This document shows, in pieces, positions 1-11,694 of a DNA stretch of 64,000 bases. The notes below the pieces were generated by a model that saw nothing but the letters and a program-made list of their open reading frames with translations, did no database searches and was not told the DNA's origin. The position numbers were made by a program, and so were the translations under genes. This DNA is from an uncultured Armatimonadetes bacterium (lineage in GTDB: Bacteria > Armatimonadota > UBA5829 > DTJY01), in NCBI GenBank assembly GCA_963717145.1, contig OY970325.1, forward strand, positions 1,952,001-2,016,000, read 5' to 3'. Numbering within the stretch: the first letter of the stretch is position 1; every line of letters starts with the position of its first letter.

Positions 1-1142
1 TCGACGTACTTCCATTCGGCGGTCCGGACGATGCGGAAGGTTGTCTCCACGCGGGCGATATGCTCGCTTCGGATGAACTCCTTCGTTCGGCCGCCGATCA
101 GGCTCTCACCATCGAGGTCATCGGGGATCGGGAATCCGCACAAGTCGGACAGCGTCGGGAACAGATCCAGCAACTCGACGAGGCAACCCTTCTCGCAGGA
201 CGCTCTCCCCGGGACTCGAATCAGCAGCGGCACTCCAACCGAACCCTCGTAGTACGTCCGCTTCCACCAGAGGCCGTGCTCGGAGGCCATGTCGCCGTGA
301 TCGGAGGTGTACACGATGATCGTGTTGTCCAGCAATCCCCCGAGCTCGGACAGCAACTCCCCAATGCAGTCGTCGAGAAAGCTGACGGACGCATAGTAGG
401 CTGCAAGTCCACGACGGCGGTCCTGCTCGCTGAACCTCGCCAGGCCGTAGTCCTCGACTATGAACCGGTCGTGGGGATGCATCTCGTCCGGAAACCCCTT
501 CGGCCACGGGTGGAGTTTCGGTCCGTCGGGCCAGTATCGCTCCCAGAAACGAGCCGGCGTGGTCAGAGGATGATGCGGACGGGAATACGAGGCGCACACA
601 AACCACGGGCGATCCGCATGCTCTCTGATGAAGTCCAGGCTCTCACGAGTGACAATCCGATCCTGAAGCTGGTCCTCGGGTATCTCCGACGGTCCGGCGA
701 ACGGGAAGTGGCCGACCTTGTGATCGGTCCACTGGTGACCGCGGGCGGTCCAGGCCGGATCAGGCTGATGCCCGCAGAAACCGTTCGGCTTGAGGTCGCC
801 GTAGGGACGAAACTGGAAGCCGTTCATCGGGCGCTCGCCACCGACGTGCATCTTCCCTATGCCGCAAGTGACATATCCGTGCTCGGCGAAATGCTCGGGA
901 ATGGTTCGGTCGACAATTGGAAGGTTGTTCTTCCACGCGCCGGCACGATGCGGCAGGCGGCCGGTCCACATGCTGATCCTCGAGGGAGTGCAGAGCGGAC
1001 ACTGGCAGTACGCGTTGCGAAACCGCATGGACTCGGACGCCAGGCGGTCGAGGTTCGGCGTGCTGACCGCCCTGTCGCCGGCGAATCCTGCAACACGCCT
1101 GTTGTGCTGGTCGGAGATCAGGAAGAGTACATTCGGCTTCAT
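1..1142 (-). CDS. Sulfatase (arylsulfatase/choline-sulfatase-like), 3' end outside window
   Basis: Manual translation from ATG at 1142: MKPNVLFLISDQHNRR...TPNLDRLA...NAYCQCPLCTPSRISMWTG, with the CxPSR sulfatase motif. Missing from the ORF track because it runs off the edge. Confidence 0.92.
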   Translation of the reverse strand, partial: MKPNVLFLISDQHNRRVAGFAGDRAVSTPNLDRLASESMRFRNAYCQCPLCTPSRISMWTGRLPHRAGAWKNNLPIVDRTIPEHFAEHGYVTCGIGKMHVGGERPMNGFQFRPYGDLKPNGFCGHQPDPAWTARGHQWTDHKVGHFPFAGPSEIPEDQLQDRIVTRESLDFIREHADRPWFVCASYSRPHHPLTTPARFWERYWPDGPKLHPWPKGFPDEMHPHDRFIVEDYGLARFSEQDRRRGLAAYYASVSFLDDCIGELLSELGGLLDNTIIVYTSDHGDMASEHGLWWKRTYYEGSVGVPLLIRVPGRASCEKGCLVELLDLFPTLSDLCGFPIPDDLDGESLIGGRTKEFIRSEHIARVETTFRIVRTAEWKYV

Positions 1143-1243
1143 AGCGGCCTCGATCAATCATAGTCGCCGGCCACGTGGGATGTCAACCGTTGCAGGAAAG
1201 AACGCATGACCTGGCGGAATGTAAGCTCTAGAGGAGTCACAAC

Positions 1244-3652
1244 TTGGTTTTCAGATCATTGCTGCTCATATTCGCGTCCTTGGTCGCGCTTGCCGGACCT
1301 GCGCTCGTGCCTCAGCCGAAGGAGGTCAAGCTCATCGGGCCGCCGATACCGATGGAATCCGTTGCCATCGTAACGAGCGACAAGGCCTCTGAGCCCGAGG
1401 TCTACGCCGCTCAGACGCTTCAGTCGAGCGTGAGGAGGCGGTTCGGGCGGACATGGCCGATCCATCACGAAACCCCCTCAGGCGTTGAGGCAACGATTGT
1501 TTTCACCGTCGAATCGTCCACGGTCCATGACGGCTACTCGATCACGATGCAGGGAAGCAAGATCATCATAGCAGGGAGCAGTCCCCGAGCGCTGATCTAC
1601 GGCCAGGATACGCTTTTTCAGCTACTGAGCATGCAGGAAGGAAGGATAGTGCTCTCCAGGGCCTCGATCAGGGACTGGCCGAGCGTTCCGTGGCGAGGGA
1701 AGCCTCAAACCTCGATCGAGGCGCATCTGCAGCCGGGAGTAATGGACTGGTATGCCAGGGCCAGGCTCAATTTCATCGATCTTCGGAACGGGACCTACGC
1801 CTTTGAACCCGAGGACAAGCTCGACGAGGAGTCGATCGCAAGAGTGATCGAGGAGGCGCATCGGCGAGGAATCGTCGTCTATGCGACGATCAACTGTGGC
1901 ACGGACCGCAAGCTCTACGACACGACAATCCGCAAGTTCGAGCGGTTCATCGAGCTTGGGGTGGACGGACTTTGGGCCTCGTTCGACGACAAAGGGCCGG
2001 GAGAAGCACCGGCCGAGATCCTCGCCGGAGTCACGGCTCTCGGCAGGGAGCGTGGGATCACGGGCCGGATGATCGCCATCTGTCCGCCGAAGGGCTCGTA
2101 TCAGATGATCGCCAGCGACTTCACCCGGAACATGATGAAGGTCCCCGGCATGGACGAGGCGCTCTGGTTCTTCACGTGCCTCCCCACGCCGCAGAACCTC
2201 CAGTCCGCCAGGTCTCTGGGACTGAAGACCCCGCCCGCGTGGTGGCATAACTGGCCGAGGGGTCCGGGTCGCTCGATGATGGGCCCTTCGGTCGTCCCGG
2301 TCAGCTTCCTCTACGGGTCGGTCGGTCGTAAGGACGGCAAACCACCGTATCTGCCGATACCATCGCTCGAGGAGGGATGGCATCAACCGACCTACGATCT
2401 GCTGGCGACTTGCGGAGACTCCTGCAGCGCGGTGATGCAGTGGGGTGGAAGCACGTGGAAGGCTGAGTATACGTATCCCGTCATGGGCTGGTGGGCATGG
2501 AACCCTGAGGGACATGATTTGGCGGAAGTTCGGCGGCGGATCTATGAGCTGGTCTATGGACCTGCGCATGTCACGGACGCAATTGCATTCGATGACGGGT
2601 TCGACCGGCTCCGGCGGCTTTTCCTGTATCCGATCGCACCCGATGAAGAGCAAGTCAGGATTCCTCCGAGACTGGCCGACGAAACAGACCGTCAGGGGGC
2701 TGTGAAACTGCTCGGCGATCTCGATGCGACCGTCAAGCGGCTCCGGGCGGTGGAGGCGTCGGATAGCTTCGTGAGGGAGGACCGCTTCCAGTCATGGTTC
2801 ATCGACGCTCCCGTCGCCGAACTGGCAACTGCCAGGGTCGCTGCTGAGTTGCGGTACCCCGAGTATTCGTGGGACGCGCATCAGCGCAGGGTCCTGACTG
2901 CGGTATATGATGGACATCTTCCCGGGGCTGATCGGCTGATCGATACTGCAAAGCCTCGATTGCTGGCTCAGGCATCGGAGGCCCGGGACAAGCTCACCGA
3001 GGTGGCCGGCACGGACAAGTATGCCGAGTACTGGACCGCCAAGGCGAATCTGGATGCCGAGGGCTGGCGGGCGATGACAGATCAACGGAAGTCTGAGTTC
3101 CCCAAGCTGGTTGACGACATCCTGTATCAGCGAATCGGCGACCTGTCCAAGATCCTCAAGGGAATCAATTCACCACCGAACGATCTGCCGGTCATGGCAA
3201 CCGTCTGGCCCGACCGCGAGCAGTTCTCGGGCGAATGGAGAAGCAGCAGGTATCGGGACGCCTATATGTTCCTGCGGCCGAACAAGGCGTTCACGAACAT
3301 CGGGGACTACGATGAGGTTCAGATAGCCGCTCCCGGAAAGAAGATCAAGGGCTGGTACGGGGCTCAGTTCTACATCAACGCGTGGGTCGGCGAGTCTCTT
3401 GGACTGGAGATCATACGCGGACGATGGCTCGGTCGGAGGTTCATCACCCTGCTCCGCGGCGATGAAGTCCTCTGGCGGCAGGACGTCTCGCTGCTCCCGG
3501 GCGGCAGTTGGGTGACCGTCAGCCTCCCCGATGAGGTCGAGGATGCCGACAGGATCGAGTTGCGACTCCGGGTCGAGGACGTCCAGATCGCGGACAACTA
3601 CCCGGCTCTGATCTGCCTCAGCCCGATCCGCATACTATGCGTTCCAAGGTGA
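1244..3652 (+). CDS. Secreted glycoside hydrolase, GH20 domain-2 N-terminus with GH20/GH84-like catalytic region
   Basis: Signal peptide; LVPQPKEV, DGYSI...IIAG...ALIYG..TLFQLL and IRDWPSVPWRG motifs; GAGGAG RBS before TTG. Confidence 0.7.
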   Translation: MVFRSLLLIFASLVALAGPALVPQPKEVKLIGPPIPMESVAIVTSDKASEPEVYAAQTLQSSVRRRFGRTWPIHHETPSGVEATIVFTVESSTVHDGYSITMQGSKIIIAGSSPRALIYGQDTLFQLLSMQEGRIVLSRASIRDWPSVPWRGKPQTSIEAHLQPGVMDWYARARLNFIDLRNGTYAFEPEDKLDEESIARVIEEAHRRGIVVYATINCGTDRKLYDTTIRKFERFIELGVDGLWASFDDKGPGEAPAEILAGVTALGRERGITGRMIAICPPKGSYQMIASDFTRNMMKVPGMDEALWFFTCLPTPQNLQSARSLGLKTPPAWWHNWPRGPGRSMMGPSVVPVSFLYGSVGRKDGKPPYLPIPSLEEGWHQPTYDLLATCGDSCSAVMQWGGSTWKAEYTYPVMGWWAWNPEGHDLAEVRRRIYELVYGPAHVTDAIAFDDGFDRLRRLFLYPIAPDEEQVRIPPRLADETDRQGAVKLLGDLDATVKRLRAVEASDSFVREDRFQSWFIDAPVAELATARVAAELRYPEYSWDAHQRRVLTAVYDGHLPGADRLIDTAKPRLLAQASEARDKLTEVAGTDKYAEYWTAKANLDAEGWRAMTDQRKSEFPKLVDDILYQRIGDLSKILKGINSPPNDLPVMATVWPDREQFSGEWRSSRYRDAYMFLRPNKAFTNIGDYDEVQIAAPGKKIKGWYGAQFYINAWVGESLGLEIIRGRWLGRRFITLLRGDEVLWRQDVSLLPGGSWVTVSLPDEVEDADRIELRLRVEDVQIADNYPALICLSPIRILCVPR

Positions 3653-4129
3653 GCAACGGCATTGTTCGATTACCGCTGACTCCTCTCCCGGCTGCCCGCC
3701 GCTGCTGCTATGAGGCCGGAGACGCAGAAAGGGACTCCGGCATCGGCCAGAGTCCCAGTCATGTGGGAGCGGGGGCGCTCTCCCCGCTCAACTACAACTT
3801 CCTGATGATGCTCCTGGGCGTGCGGTGGGTGCTATCGCGGAATGGACGCAGGTCCGATCTCCAAAAATGGCTGGACACATGACTCCCAGGAAACGGGCCG
3901 CGACGCCTGCCTGCCCGTTTCCTGGTCCACTTCGTGCGGTCACATGATCAGTCTCCGGCAGCACGTGTGAACACAAGTTAATCAAATCTCCAGAGGGTCT
4001 CCATAGGAAAGGCGGACGTTCGCAATGACCGTGACTCAGAGTGGTACAGGTACGCCGGCAGTCAGGTAGTACAGGTTGTCGCCGACAAACTAGAATGAAC
4101 CCACTGAGACCAGAGACTGATCAAGCTAG

Positions 4130-5717
4130 CAGCCTGTCCATGAAATAACCTCTGGCGCAAGGTGCCAGGTATGTAGTAAAATACGGGTATGAGCAAGCCA
4201 TACCTTCCTTATCAACCTGACCAGATATTGCTGTTGCCGCCCTTGATGTCGGAGTGGCTGCCCGAGGGACATCTCGCATACTTTGTGAGCGATGTCGTAG
4301 ACAGTCTCGACCTTTCCGCGATATACGCCTCATACGAGAAAGAGGCCCGAGGAGCGCCGCCGTTCCATCCGGCAATGCTTACAAAGATCATATTCTACGG
4401 TTTGTGCCGGGGAGTGTATTCATCTCGAAAGCTCTCCCTGGCCACGTATGAAGATGTAGCCTTCCGGGTGCTTGCGGCAGGAAATCATCCCGACTTCCGC
4501 ACGATAAGCGAGTTCAGGAAGAGGCATCTCAAGTCCCTTGCGGACCTGTTTGTGCAAGTGCTCAGGCTATGCGCAAGCGCCGGGCTTGTGTCGATGAAAC
4601 ACATAGCCATAGACGGAACAAAGCTGCTTGCCAACGCAAGCAAGCACTCCGCCATGAGCTACTCTCGGATGGTCGAGAAAGAAAAAGAGCTTCAGGCTGA
4701 GATCGAGGCGCTCCTTGCGAAGGGTCTTTCTGTGGACGACCAGGAAGACGCGGAATATGGTCTTGACCGCCGAGGAGACGAACTCCCGGAGGAACTCGCA
4801 ACCAGAGAGAAGCGGCTCGCCAAGATCAGGGAAGCAAAAGAAGCGCTGGAGCGCGAGGCCAAAGAGCGAGCATCAGCCGAAGAAGCGATGCGAGCCCAAG
4901 AGAAGGCGGAGCAGGAAGCATCCGGGAAGAAGCCTCGCGGCAGAGAGCCGGGGCCCGTAAAGACAGAGCCGGAAGGGAAGGCACAGCGGAACTTCACAGA
5001 CCCGGAAAGCCGGATAATGAAGGACGCAAAGAAAGCCTTCGTGCAGGCATACAACGGACAAGCTGCGGTAGACGCAGATCATCAGATTGTAGTGGCGTGT
5101 GATCTCACGAACCAGGCAGCGGACTCACCGCATCTTAGTGACATGATCGAGGCAATCAAGGAGAACACCGGAAAGAAACCGGAAGAACTATCCGCCGATG
5201 CCGGATACTTCAGCAGCGACAACATAGAGATGGTCGAGCAGCAAGGGATCGACGCTTATATACCGCCTGACAGACAACGTCATGGCAAAGAGCCGACGGC
5301 GCCTTCCTGCCTTGATCCGGCAAAGCAATCCGCCGCAGATCGCCAGAGAGCAAAGCTCTTGACTCCTCTTGGCCGAAAGATCTACGGGAGGCGGAAGGAG
5401 ACGGTAGAGCCGGTGTTCGGCCAGATCAAGAGCGCACGGAACTTCCGAGGCTTCCTACTCCGAGGCCTTGCGAAAGCGAAGTCGGAGTGGACGCTTGCGT
5501 GTCTTGGGCACAACATGCTGAAGCTATACCGATACGGCGACCGGAAATCGATCTTCGATACGTAGATATATGACCTGGATCAGGCTGATTATCAAGGTAC
5601 AAGGGGTCTTTACAGACCCTCGCCGGAAATCCGGCGAAAAACACTATCGAACAGCAGCCAGCGCGACCCCGCAGATGGGAAACTCACCCACATAGCGGGG
5701 AATTCTCAGACAGGCTG
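4130..5717 (+). mobile_element. IS1182-family insertion sequence
   Basis: Inverted ends CAGCCTGTC (4130-4138) and GACAGGCTG (5709-5717), flanked by CTAG duplication (4126-4129, 5718-5721). Confidence 0.88.
4189..5565 (+). CDS. IS1182-family DDE transposase
   Basis: WLPEGHLA, PDFRTISEFR, IAIDGTKL.ANAS, TDPESRIMK, YNGQ, ADAGY, YGRRKETVEPVFGQIK. Confidence 0.95.
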   Translation: MSKPYLPYQPDQILLLPPLMSEWLPEGHLAYFVSDVVDSLDLSAIYASYEKEARGAPPFHPAMLTKIIFYGLCRGVYSSRKLSLATYEDVAFRVLAAGNHPDFRTISEFRKRHLKSLADLFVQVLRLCASAGLVSMKHIAIDGTKLLANASKHSAMSYSRMVEKEKELQAEIEALLAKGLSVDDQEDAEYGLDRRGDELPEELATREKRLAKIREAKEALEREAKERASAEEAMRAQEKAEQEASGKKPRGREPGPVKTEPEGKAQRNFTDPESRIMKDAKKAFVQAYNGQAAVDADHQIVVACDLTNQAADSPHLSDMIEAIKENTGKKPEELSADAGYFSSDNIEMVEQQGIDAYIPPDRQRHGKEPTAPSCLDPAKQSAADRQRAKLLTPLGRKIYGRRKETVEPVFGQIKSARNFRGFLLRGLAKAKSEWTLACLGHNMLKLYRYGDRKSIFDT

Positions 5718-5899
5718 CTAGTTGTCGCCTGTCTTGCCCCAGTTTTCGTAGATAATCCCCCAATCTACCCGCCAACGATCCCGCCGCAGTTGACATCGCC
5801 ATTCACCTCTTCGTTAGCGCCACCCCATTTTAGACGAATGCATACATTTTGCAGCAGCATGAGCATGGGTCAACAGTGGCACTTCGGAATCTGAGAAAC

Positions 5900-7594
5900 T
5901 CAGCCCGATGCAAGTCTCTGGCAAATGAGCGACGCTGACAGTAGGGCATGCAAGCGCCGGACGCGGCGACGCTGTCTGATCTCATCAGAACCTAGCCGGT
6001 ACATGCTGGCGACCTTGATTGCATAGAAGAGGAGGGATTGGAGATATGGCCCTAGGCTTTGGCTCTCGACTTTGTCGTAAGCGCACTGGCGGATCTCCGA
6101 GGACAGTGCAGCAGAGAATAGGAGATCGTGGTGTCTATTATCGATCGATGACGTATCTATTGCAGTATCCAACCTATCGGATTGTAGGCCTATGCGCTCG
6201 AAGTCCAATAGCTCTCGTAGACTGGTATTCTCGGGCAAGCAGAACCGAGCCCAAGCTTCCAGTTCGGCGAAGTCCCGATAGGGGTGGCTGAACCCCGTGT
6301 TGGCGAAGTCTATCAGCCAGGGACGATCCGGATACGAGACAAGGATATTGCCTGCATGAAGATCCCCATGGCTCAAGCAGAGCCGTTCGGGAGTATCGAA
6401 GCTGATCCTACCATCGGTCATCGCAGTTGCTGGATTGGGTAGAGACTCACTTACTCCGTCGTCCCACGTGATCTCAATGTGTTCGCCGTCCTTAGAGAGC
6501 TTAACCCGATCATCCGAAGCCACCACCTCGCCAACCATGTCTTGCAGTCTAGTATGCAAGTTCTCTTGTTTCCATCGGAATGCAGCTAGGCTTAGTTGAG
6601 CCAAATCACCTAATCCGTTGGGTTCATGTGCCTCGAACCAAGGGGCGAGTGTCTCGAGAAAAATGGATCTTACCATCTTGACAGGCTTGTCGAGGTTCTG
6701 CACCTCCCTACAATCGCGACAATACTCATCGAATGTCTTGAGCTTATCGTTTATCTCTCCTACCAGGAATGTGAACGCCAATGCTCCGAAGTGCAGGGAC
6801 TCCCACGAATCGCTCAAATCTGTGGAGTTCTTTATATAATCCCTAACGTACTTCCGGAAGCGCTGCTTCTCCTCGTCGCTTCCCTCCCTAGTGCCAACCT
6901 TGACTATATACTCCCTGCCTCGACTTCCAGCCGCGTGCATCATGATGCGCAAGACGACTGAGCCGCCATGGCCACCTTCTACACGCGCGACAGAGATCTC
7001 ATCAGCGCCATCGTGAAACACTTTCTGCAGTAGACCATGAATCTCATCTTCCAGAATTAGACGATTCTTGTGTCTACTATACTTACCGCGTGCCACCGAA
7101 TCCAGGATGTACGCGGTTGTGAGCCCCCCCGTAAAATACACCTTTCGCTGCCAGTTCATTCTTACTCGCTTGGCCAGGACTTCGCCGATCCGAGCCGCCA
7201 ACTCCTCCATATGCACCTTTGGTATACAATCGAATGCTAGGCCCTGATGTACCACTAGTTCCCTGACCCAGGACATCTGCGTGTACCCGGATATAGCAAT
7301 AACCGTCAGTCCCGTGCCGTACCGTTCGCGGAGTATCTCCATCAATCTGTAACCCGAGGTATTGGATATGGTATCGTCCGGATCGTCGCCAGGATCTAGA
7401 CAGATATCCACTACTGCCACATGAGGACACGTGTCCTCAATGGAGGCTACCGCCTCGCTCTCATCCGAGCATCCTGAGACGGTGATCCCTTCATCCTCGA
7501 GGACAGACACCATCGCTCGCAAATCATCAGGGTCGTTATCGATAATGAGGACCCGCAATTCCTTTGGCAACACCGGCGACAACTCCATATTCAC
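5900..7594 (-). CDS. Response regulator receiver fused to APH/protein-kinase-like phosphotransferase domain (TCAD9-like)
   Basis: N-terminal REC (LIIDND, VVDI, ISGY, IPK); kinase motifs GGHGGSVV, IVKVG, HGDLHAGNILV, WLIDF. Confidence 0.8.
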   Translation of the reverse strand: MNMELSPVLPKELRVLIIDNDPDDLRAMVSVLEDEGITVSGCSDESEAVASIEDTCPHVAVVDICLDPGDDPDDTISNTSGYRLMEILRERYGTGLTVIAISGYTQMSWVRELVVHQGLAFDCIPKVHMEELAARIGEVLAKRVRMNWQRKVYFTGGLTTAYILDSVARGKYSRHKNRLILEDEIHGLLQKVFHDGADEISVARVEGGHGGSVVLRIMMHAAGSRGREYIVKVGTREGSDEEKQRFRKYVRDYIKNSTDLSDSWESLHFGALAFTFLVGEINDKLKTFDEYCRDCREVQNLDKPVKMVRSIFLETLAPWFEAHEPNGLGDLAQLSLAAFRWKQENLHTRLQDMVGEVVASDDRVKLSKDGEHIEITWDDGVSESLPNPATAMTDGRISFDTPERLCLSHGDLHAGNILVSYPDRPWLIDFANTGFSHPYRDFAELEAWARFCLPENTSLRELLDFERIGLQSDRLDTAIDTSSIDNRHHDLLFSAALSSEIRQCAYDKVESQSLGPYLQSLLFYAIKVASMYRLGSDEIRQRRRVRRLHALLSASLICQRLASG

Positions 7595-7605
7595 CCTCCT
7601 ACGCT

Positions 7606-7977
7606 CTAGGCAAGAGCAAGAACGTGATCTACTGCCTTGAGCAGATCATCGCCATCGTAGTCCTTACCGATATACTCGGCAGCATTAGCCCTTAGGGCCA
7701 CGCTGGCTTCCGAGCATGATGGCACGGTTGAGATCACTATCATGGGCGTCCAGTCGTTCCTGTATAGCAGATCATAGAGCCGTTCTTGGCCCTCGCCACT
7801 AAGGAATCGGCTGTCCACAACGACAACGTCAAAACCGGAGGGTGCCTTGGAGCCAACTTCCAGGGCCTGTTCAAATGTCGACACGATATCTACCGCAAAG
7901 CCTTCGGCTCTGAGAACCTCCGCCGCGAACAGATCCCATGGGTCCTTATTGTCCAGCACCAAGATTCGACCGGTCAT
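7606..7977 (-). CDS. Stand-alone response regulator receiver
   Basis: RILVLDN, FDVVVVD, PMIVIST, AAEYIGK; 123 aa. Confidence 0.85.
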   Translation of the reverse strand: MTGRILVLDNKDPWDLFAAEVLRAEGFAVDIVSTFEQALEVGSKAPSGFDVVVVDSRFLSGEGQERLYDLLYRNDWTPMIVISTVPSCSEASVALRANAAEYIGKDYDGDDLLKAVDHVLALA

Positions 7978-10900
7978 CTCTCTTGTCCCCTGGCTACAGG
8001 CAATTCAACTCGAAATGTTGTTCCCTTGCCGACCTCAGTGTTCACAAGGGATAGGCGTCCGCCATGTCTGGGCAGCACCAAGCCAGTGACCCAGAGCATT
8101 ATGCCTAGACCCACATCAGCAACGCTGGTCGGTGGTCCTCTCTATCGGTTTCCTGATGATCTTATCACGCAGCTTCGCATCCATCCCGACCCCATTGTCT
8201 TCGATATCCACACGGATGCATCCCTGAGTTGCCGAGACAGACACCCGCAACCGACCTTTGTTCCCCATGGCTCGATAGCCATTTGTGACAAGGTTAGCCA
8301 GCGTCAGGTACAGCCAGTAGCTGTTGGCTCGTACCGTCGGCAGATCTTCTGCCAGAACAAGATCGAGTCTGACTCCAGTAGGAGAAGGGTTATCGTCTAC
8401 AACCTTCTGGATAATCGGTTCTACTCGCAAGAGCCTTGCGTCCGAAACGTCCCTGAGTGGAATCAGAATATCCTCGACGAATTTCTGGAGCGCTCCGATA
8501 TTATGCTCCAGTTCATCGAGTGCTTCAGGAGGAGAGCCTTGGGTATTGCAGAGTGCCCGGCGAAGCTTACTCAGCCATGCTCCAGACCTTCCTGCAAACC
8601 GGCCAAGTTCATGTGCTATTGCAGTTGCCGCTAGTCCAAGACCTGTCAGCTTCTCAGCTTGCAGAAGCTCGTTCTGGGCTCTCTGATGGCTTATAGATAT
8701 GGCAGCTTGGCCAGCCAAGTGGCTCAGCAGTTGGCTATCCCACGACGTGAAGCTGTAGGGATCTTGATCATTGTTGGTAAACACCTGAAAGACTCCTATA
8801 GTCGTGTCTTTTGTAACGAGTGGCACAGATAGGACTGAAACCAGTCCGCTGGCTCCTGCAACGTCTCGAAATTCATGCCCTTTGAGCGTGCGCCAATCCA
8901 ACTGACACTCAGACCGCTGTCTCAAGAAAACACCGCCGATGAACGAACCTTCGATGGGCACATGTTTCCCCTCCAAGACGGCGGCTGTACCGCGTGCTGC
9001 CGCCAGTTCCAACTCCAGTCCATCATCAGACTGCAGCCAGATGCATCCACTAGGCACAAACAGCAGATCACACGCGCAGTCGAGCAACTCGGTCAGCAGT
9101 TCATCAAGGTCTCTGCTGCCCACAGCGCCTGCAACTCGCCGCAGCACATCCAGCATCCGGGCGCCCTCCAGTGCCACACCCGCCTGCATGGTTATCGCAT
9201 GCAGCAACTTGAGGTCGTCCTGCCAGAACCTCTCCTCGTGCCCGGGACCAACAATCAGTATGCCGAGTAGAGAATCACGAAGCAGTATAGGAGCGCACAG
9301 GACGGTAGACTGCGGGTAGAAACAAGCGCCAGCCAGTGGATCTCCTTCAGTCAGCTTGACCAGGTGCGGCAGCTTCTTATCGCGGGTGACTCGCCTGATT
9401 GCACCCCTCTTCCCGGTTATTGCAGGAGGATCTCCCGGTCTGACCATACCCCGATGGACATGCGCCTGGAATTCTCCAGATTGCTGTTCGTAGAGCAGCA
9501 GAATTCCCTGCGAGCTGCGAACCGCTGTCATACCTTCGTCGAGAAGTCCCCTAAGTATGTCCTCCGTATCCAGAGATCGACTCAACCAGTCAGAGACCTT
9601 CTGGTGCGTCTCCAGCTCAGCAATCCGGCGCTGATCTACGTGACTGAACACGCGGGAGTTCTCGATGGCTATCGCAGCATACTCGGCAAGCATGCTGGCC
9701 AGACTCACATCAAGCGCGCTGAACCTGCGCACGTCCTTGCTGGCTACGGCTAGCACGCCTATGTGCTGCCCCCGTTGCATGAGCGGAGCCACCAACACGG
9801 TGCTCGCGCCGCGAGACTTATAGGACTTGAGATACCTGTTGGTGGTCTGAGCGTGAAGATCCTGGACAATATGGAGTGAACCAGTCTCTTGCTCCCAGTT
9901 CGGCAGCGCGTCAGATAGCGTAAGACCTCTTGGTGCCGGGCCGACGCCCGTACCAGGCACTCGCACGTAGAGTTTCAGCTCTTCATCCTCCAACAGCCAG
10001 AGATCCGCCATATCTGCCTGAGTCTGACCTACCACGGCGTCGACTACTGTCTTTAGTGTTTCGTCCAACTGGAGACCCAGGTTGATTGATTTGCCAGCCT
10101 CCAAGACGTGTCTCAGTTTGGACACGGTCTCAGCGTTCTCCAACGCAATTGCAGCATGCGTTGCGTACATATTTGCTATATGCATATCCAGGAAATCGAA
10201 CGAGTCGCCGCCGAGGGGTCGGTTCAAACTCAGAATACCCAGAGTCATGCCGCTGTGCTTCAGTGGAAGCACGATAGACCTGCCAATCTGGTCTTTCCGC
10301 TGGAGAGCAACACCAGGGGTACTATCAGAAGGAAGAACGATGGTTTCCCCACTAGTTCTTGCCAGATCGGCTATTGGTGCTTCATCGACACCAAGCAGTG
10401 CAAACGGTGAGGGTGCGGATTCGGGCAGACCTGAAGCCGCATGCATGCGCATGGCATCTCCGCCAGGCGGGCACAGAAGAACTGATCCCGACTCGCCTTG
10501 GAATAGCTTCAGCGCAAATCCGAGAATCATCTCCGGCAGGGCTTCTATATCAACAGTCTGACTCAGACTGGAAACGGCCTCGTCCAATTGGTTTAGCCGT
10601 TCAATCTGGCTCTTATGCTCATCCAGGTTCTGGGCGTTCTCCAATACAAGGCCGAGACGTGCCGCGATATGGGCTAGCATGTTAATCTCATCCATGCCAA
10701 ACCCTTCGCTATCCGTCACAGGTTTGTGGACGTTCAACACGCCTAATGCTCTCCCGCGCACGCTGATGGGAAAATGGGCAACAGAACCTATACTCCTGAT
10801 GTAATCCTGCCGTCTGGGGTTCCCGGATGCTGCCTCTAGTTGCTCCTTGCATAAGTCCGTATCCTGAACTCGGTTCTCGTAGAGGTACGGCACTTCACCT

Positions 10901-11694
10901 CTCAGAATTGGCCCCAGAAGCCGGTCATCGCTAGATATCTCCTCTGGTATCACATCCTCATATTCACTTTTAACCGAATAGACTCGGAGGTTCCCGGACT
11001 CTGGATTGAGCAGGCGTATGTGGCCATTATGGCAACCCAACAGATGCATTGAGTCCTCCAATGCCGTACTTAGGAGGCGCTCCACATCTTCCTCAGTAAC
11101 AAGCATCCGATCGATCATATTGAGCAGCCCAAGGTGATCCTGAAGGCTCTTGGCACGATAGGCCGTTTCGGAAATGACAGCGGCTACACGTTCCAGCAAT
11201 CTCATCCGCTGACGAAACTGCCGGTTGGTGACCGTTGGCACTGCATCCAAGGCCTCTCGGAATTCCTCAATGGGGAGCCCGAGTTCCCTGGCCAAACCTA
11301 GTTGGTGCTCGGAAGAGGGCTGTTGTTCGTGGTCTTGCACCCACATCTGGCCCCCGAAAATGGTGGCAGTATGGTACGGCCCCACGAATATAGGTACAGC
11401 AAAGTCATGTAGGTGACCCACGTCGCAAAGGTAATCGATTGGCTGCCTACTGAGGGCAACGATGTCAGCATACTTCCTGTCGCAGGCCTGACAGGCACCG
11501 ACACACTTGGCTCGTATCATCTTGCAGTAATCGGTTAGATTGCTGGGCTGCGTTATCCACCTGCCCTCAGGATCCATAATGACCGTGGCAGTGTTTGTGG
11601 CATCCGCAAAGGTGTCCTGGAACTCCTGCAGAGTGTCCTCTGGCAAGAGATCAAGCAGAACTGGGCTGGCATGGATATTGGTGGCAAGACTCAT
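7946..11694 (-). pseudogene. PocR + five GAF + histidine kinase, frameshifted in the HATPase domain
   Basis: ORF 8116-11694 has PocR, about 5 GAFs, H-box AIAHEL, N-box NLVTNG and G1 DNGVG. The remainder (VGLGIMLW...HGG...GKGTTFRVELP) is in the +1 frame and ends TAA at 7946-7948. Confidence 0.8.

Noticed and set aside
60-1163. 367-aa + strand ORF
   Set aside because: Antisense shadow of the sulfatase
8116-8118. Selenocysteine readthrough of the kinase TGA
   Set aside because: The missing motifs are in the +1 frame, not in frame
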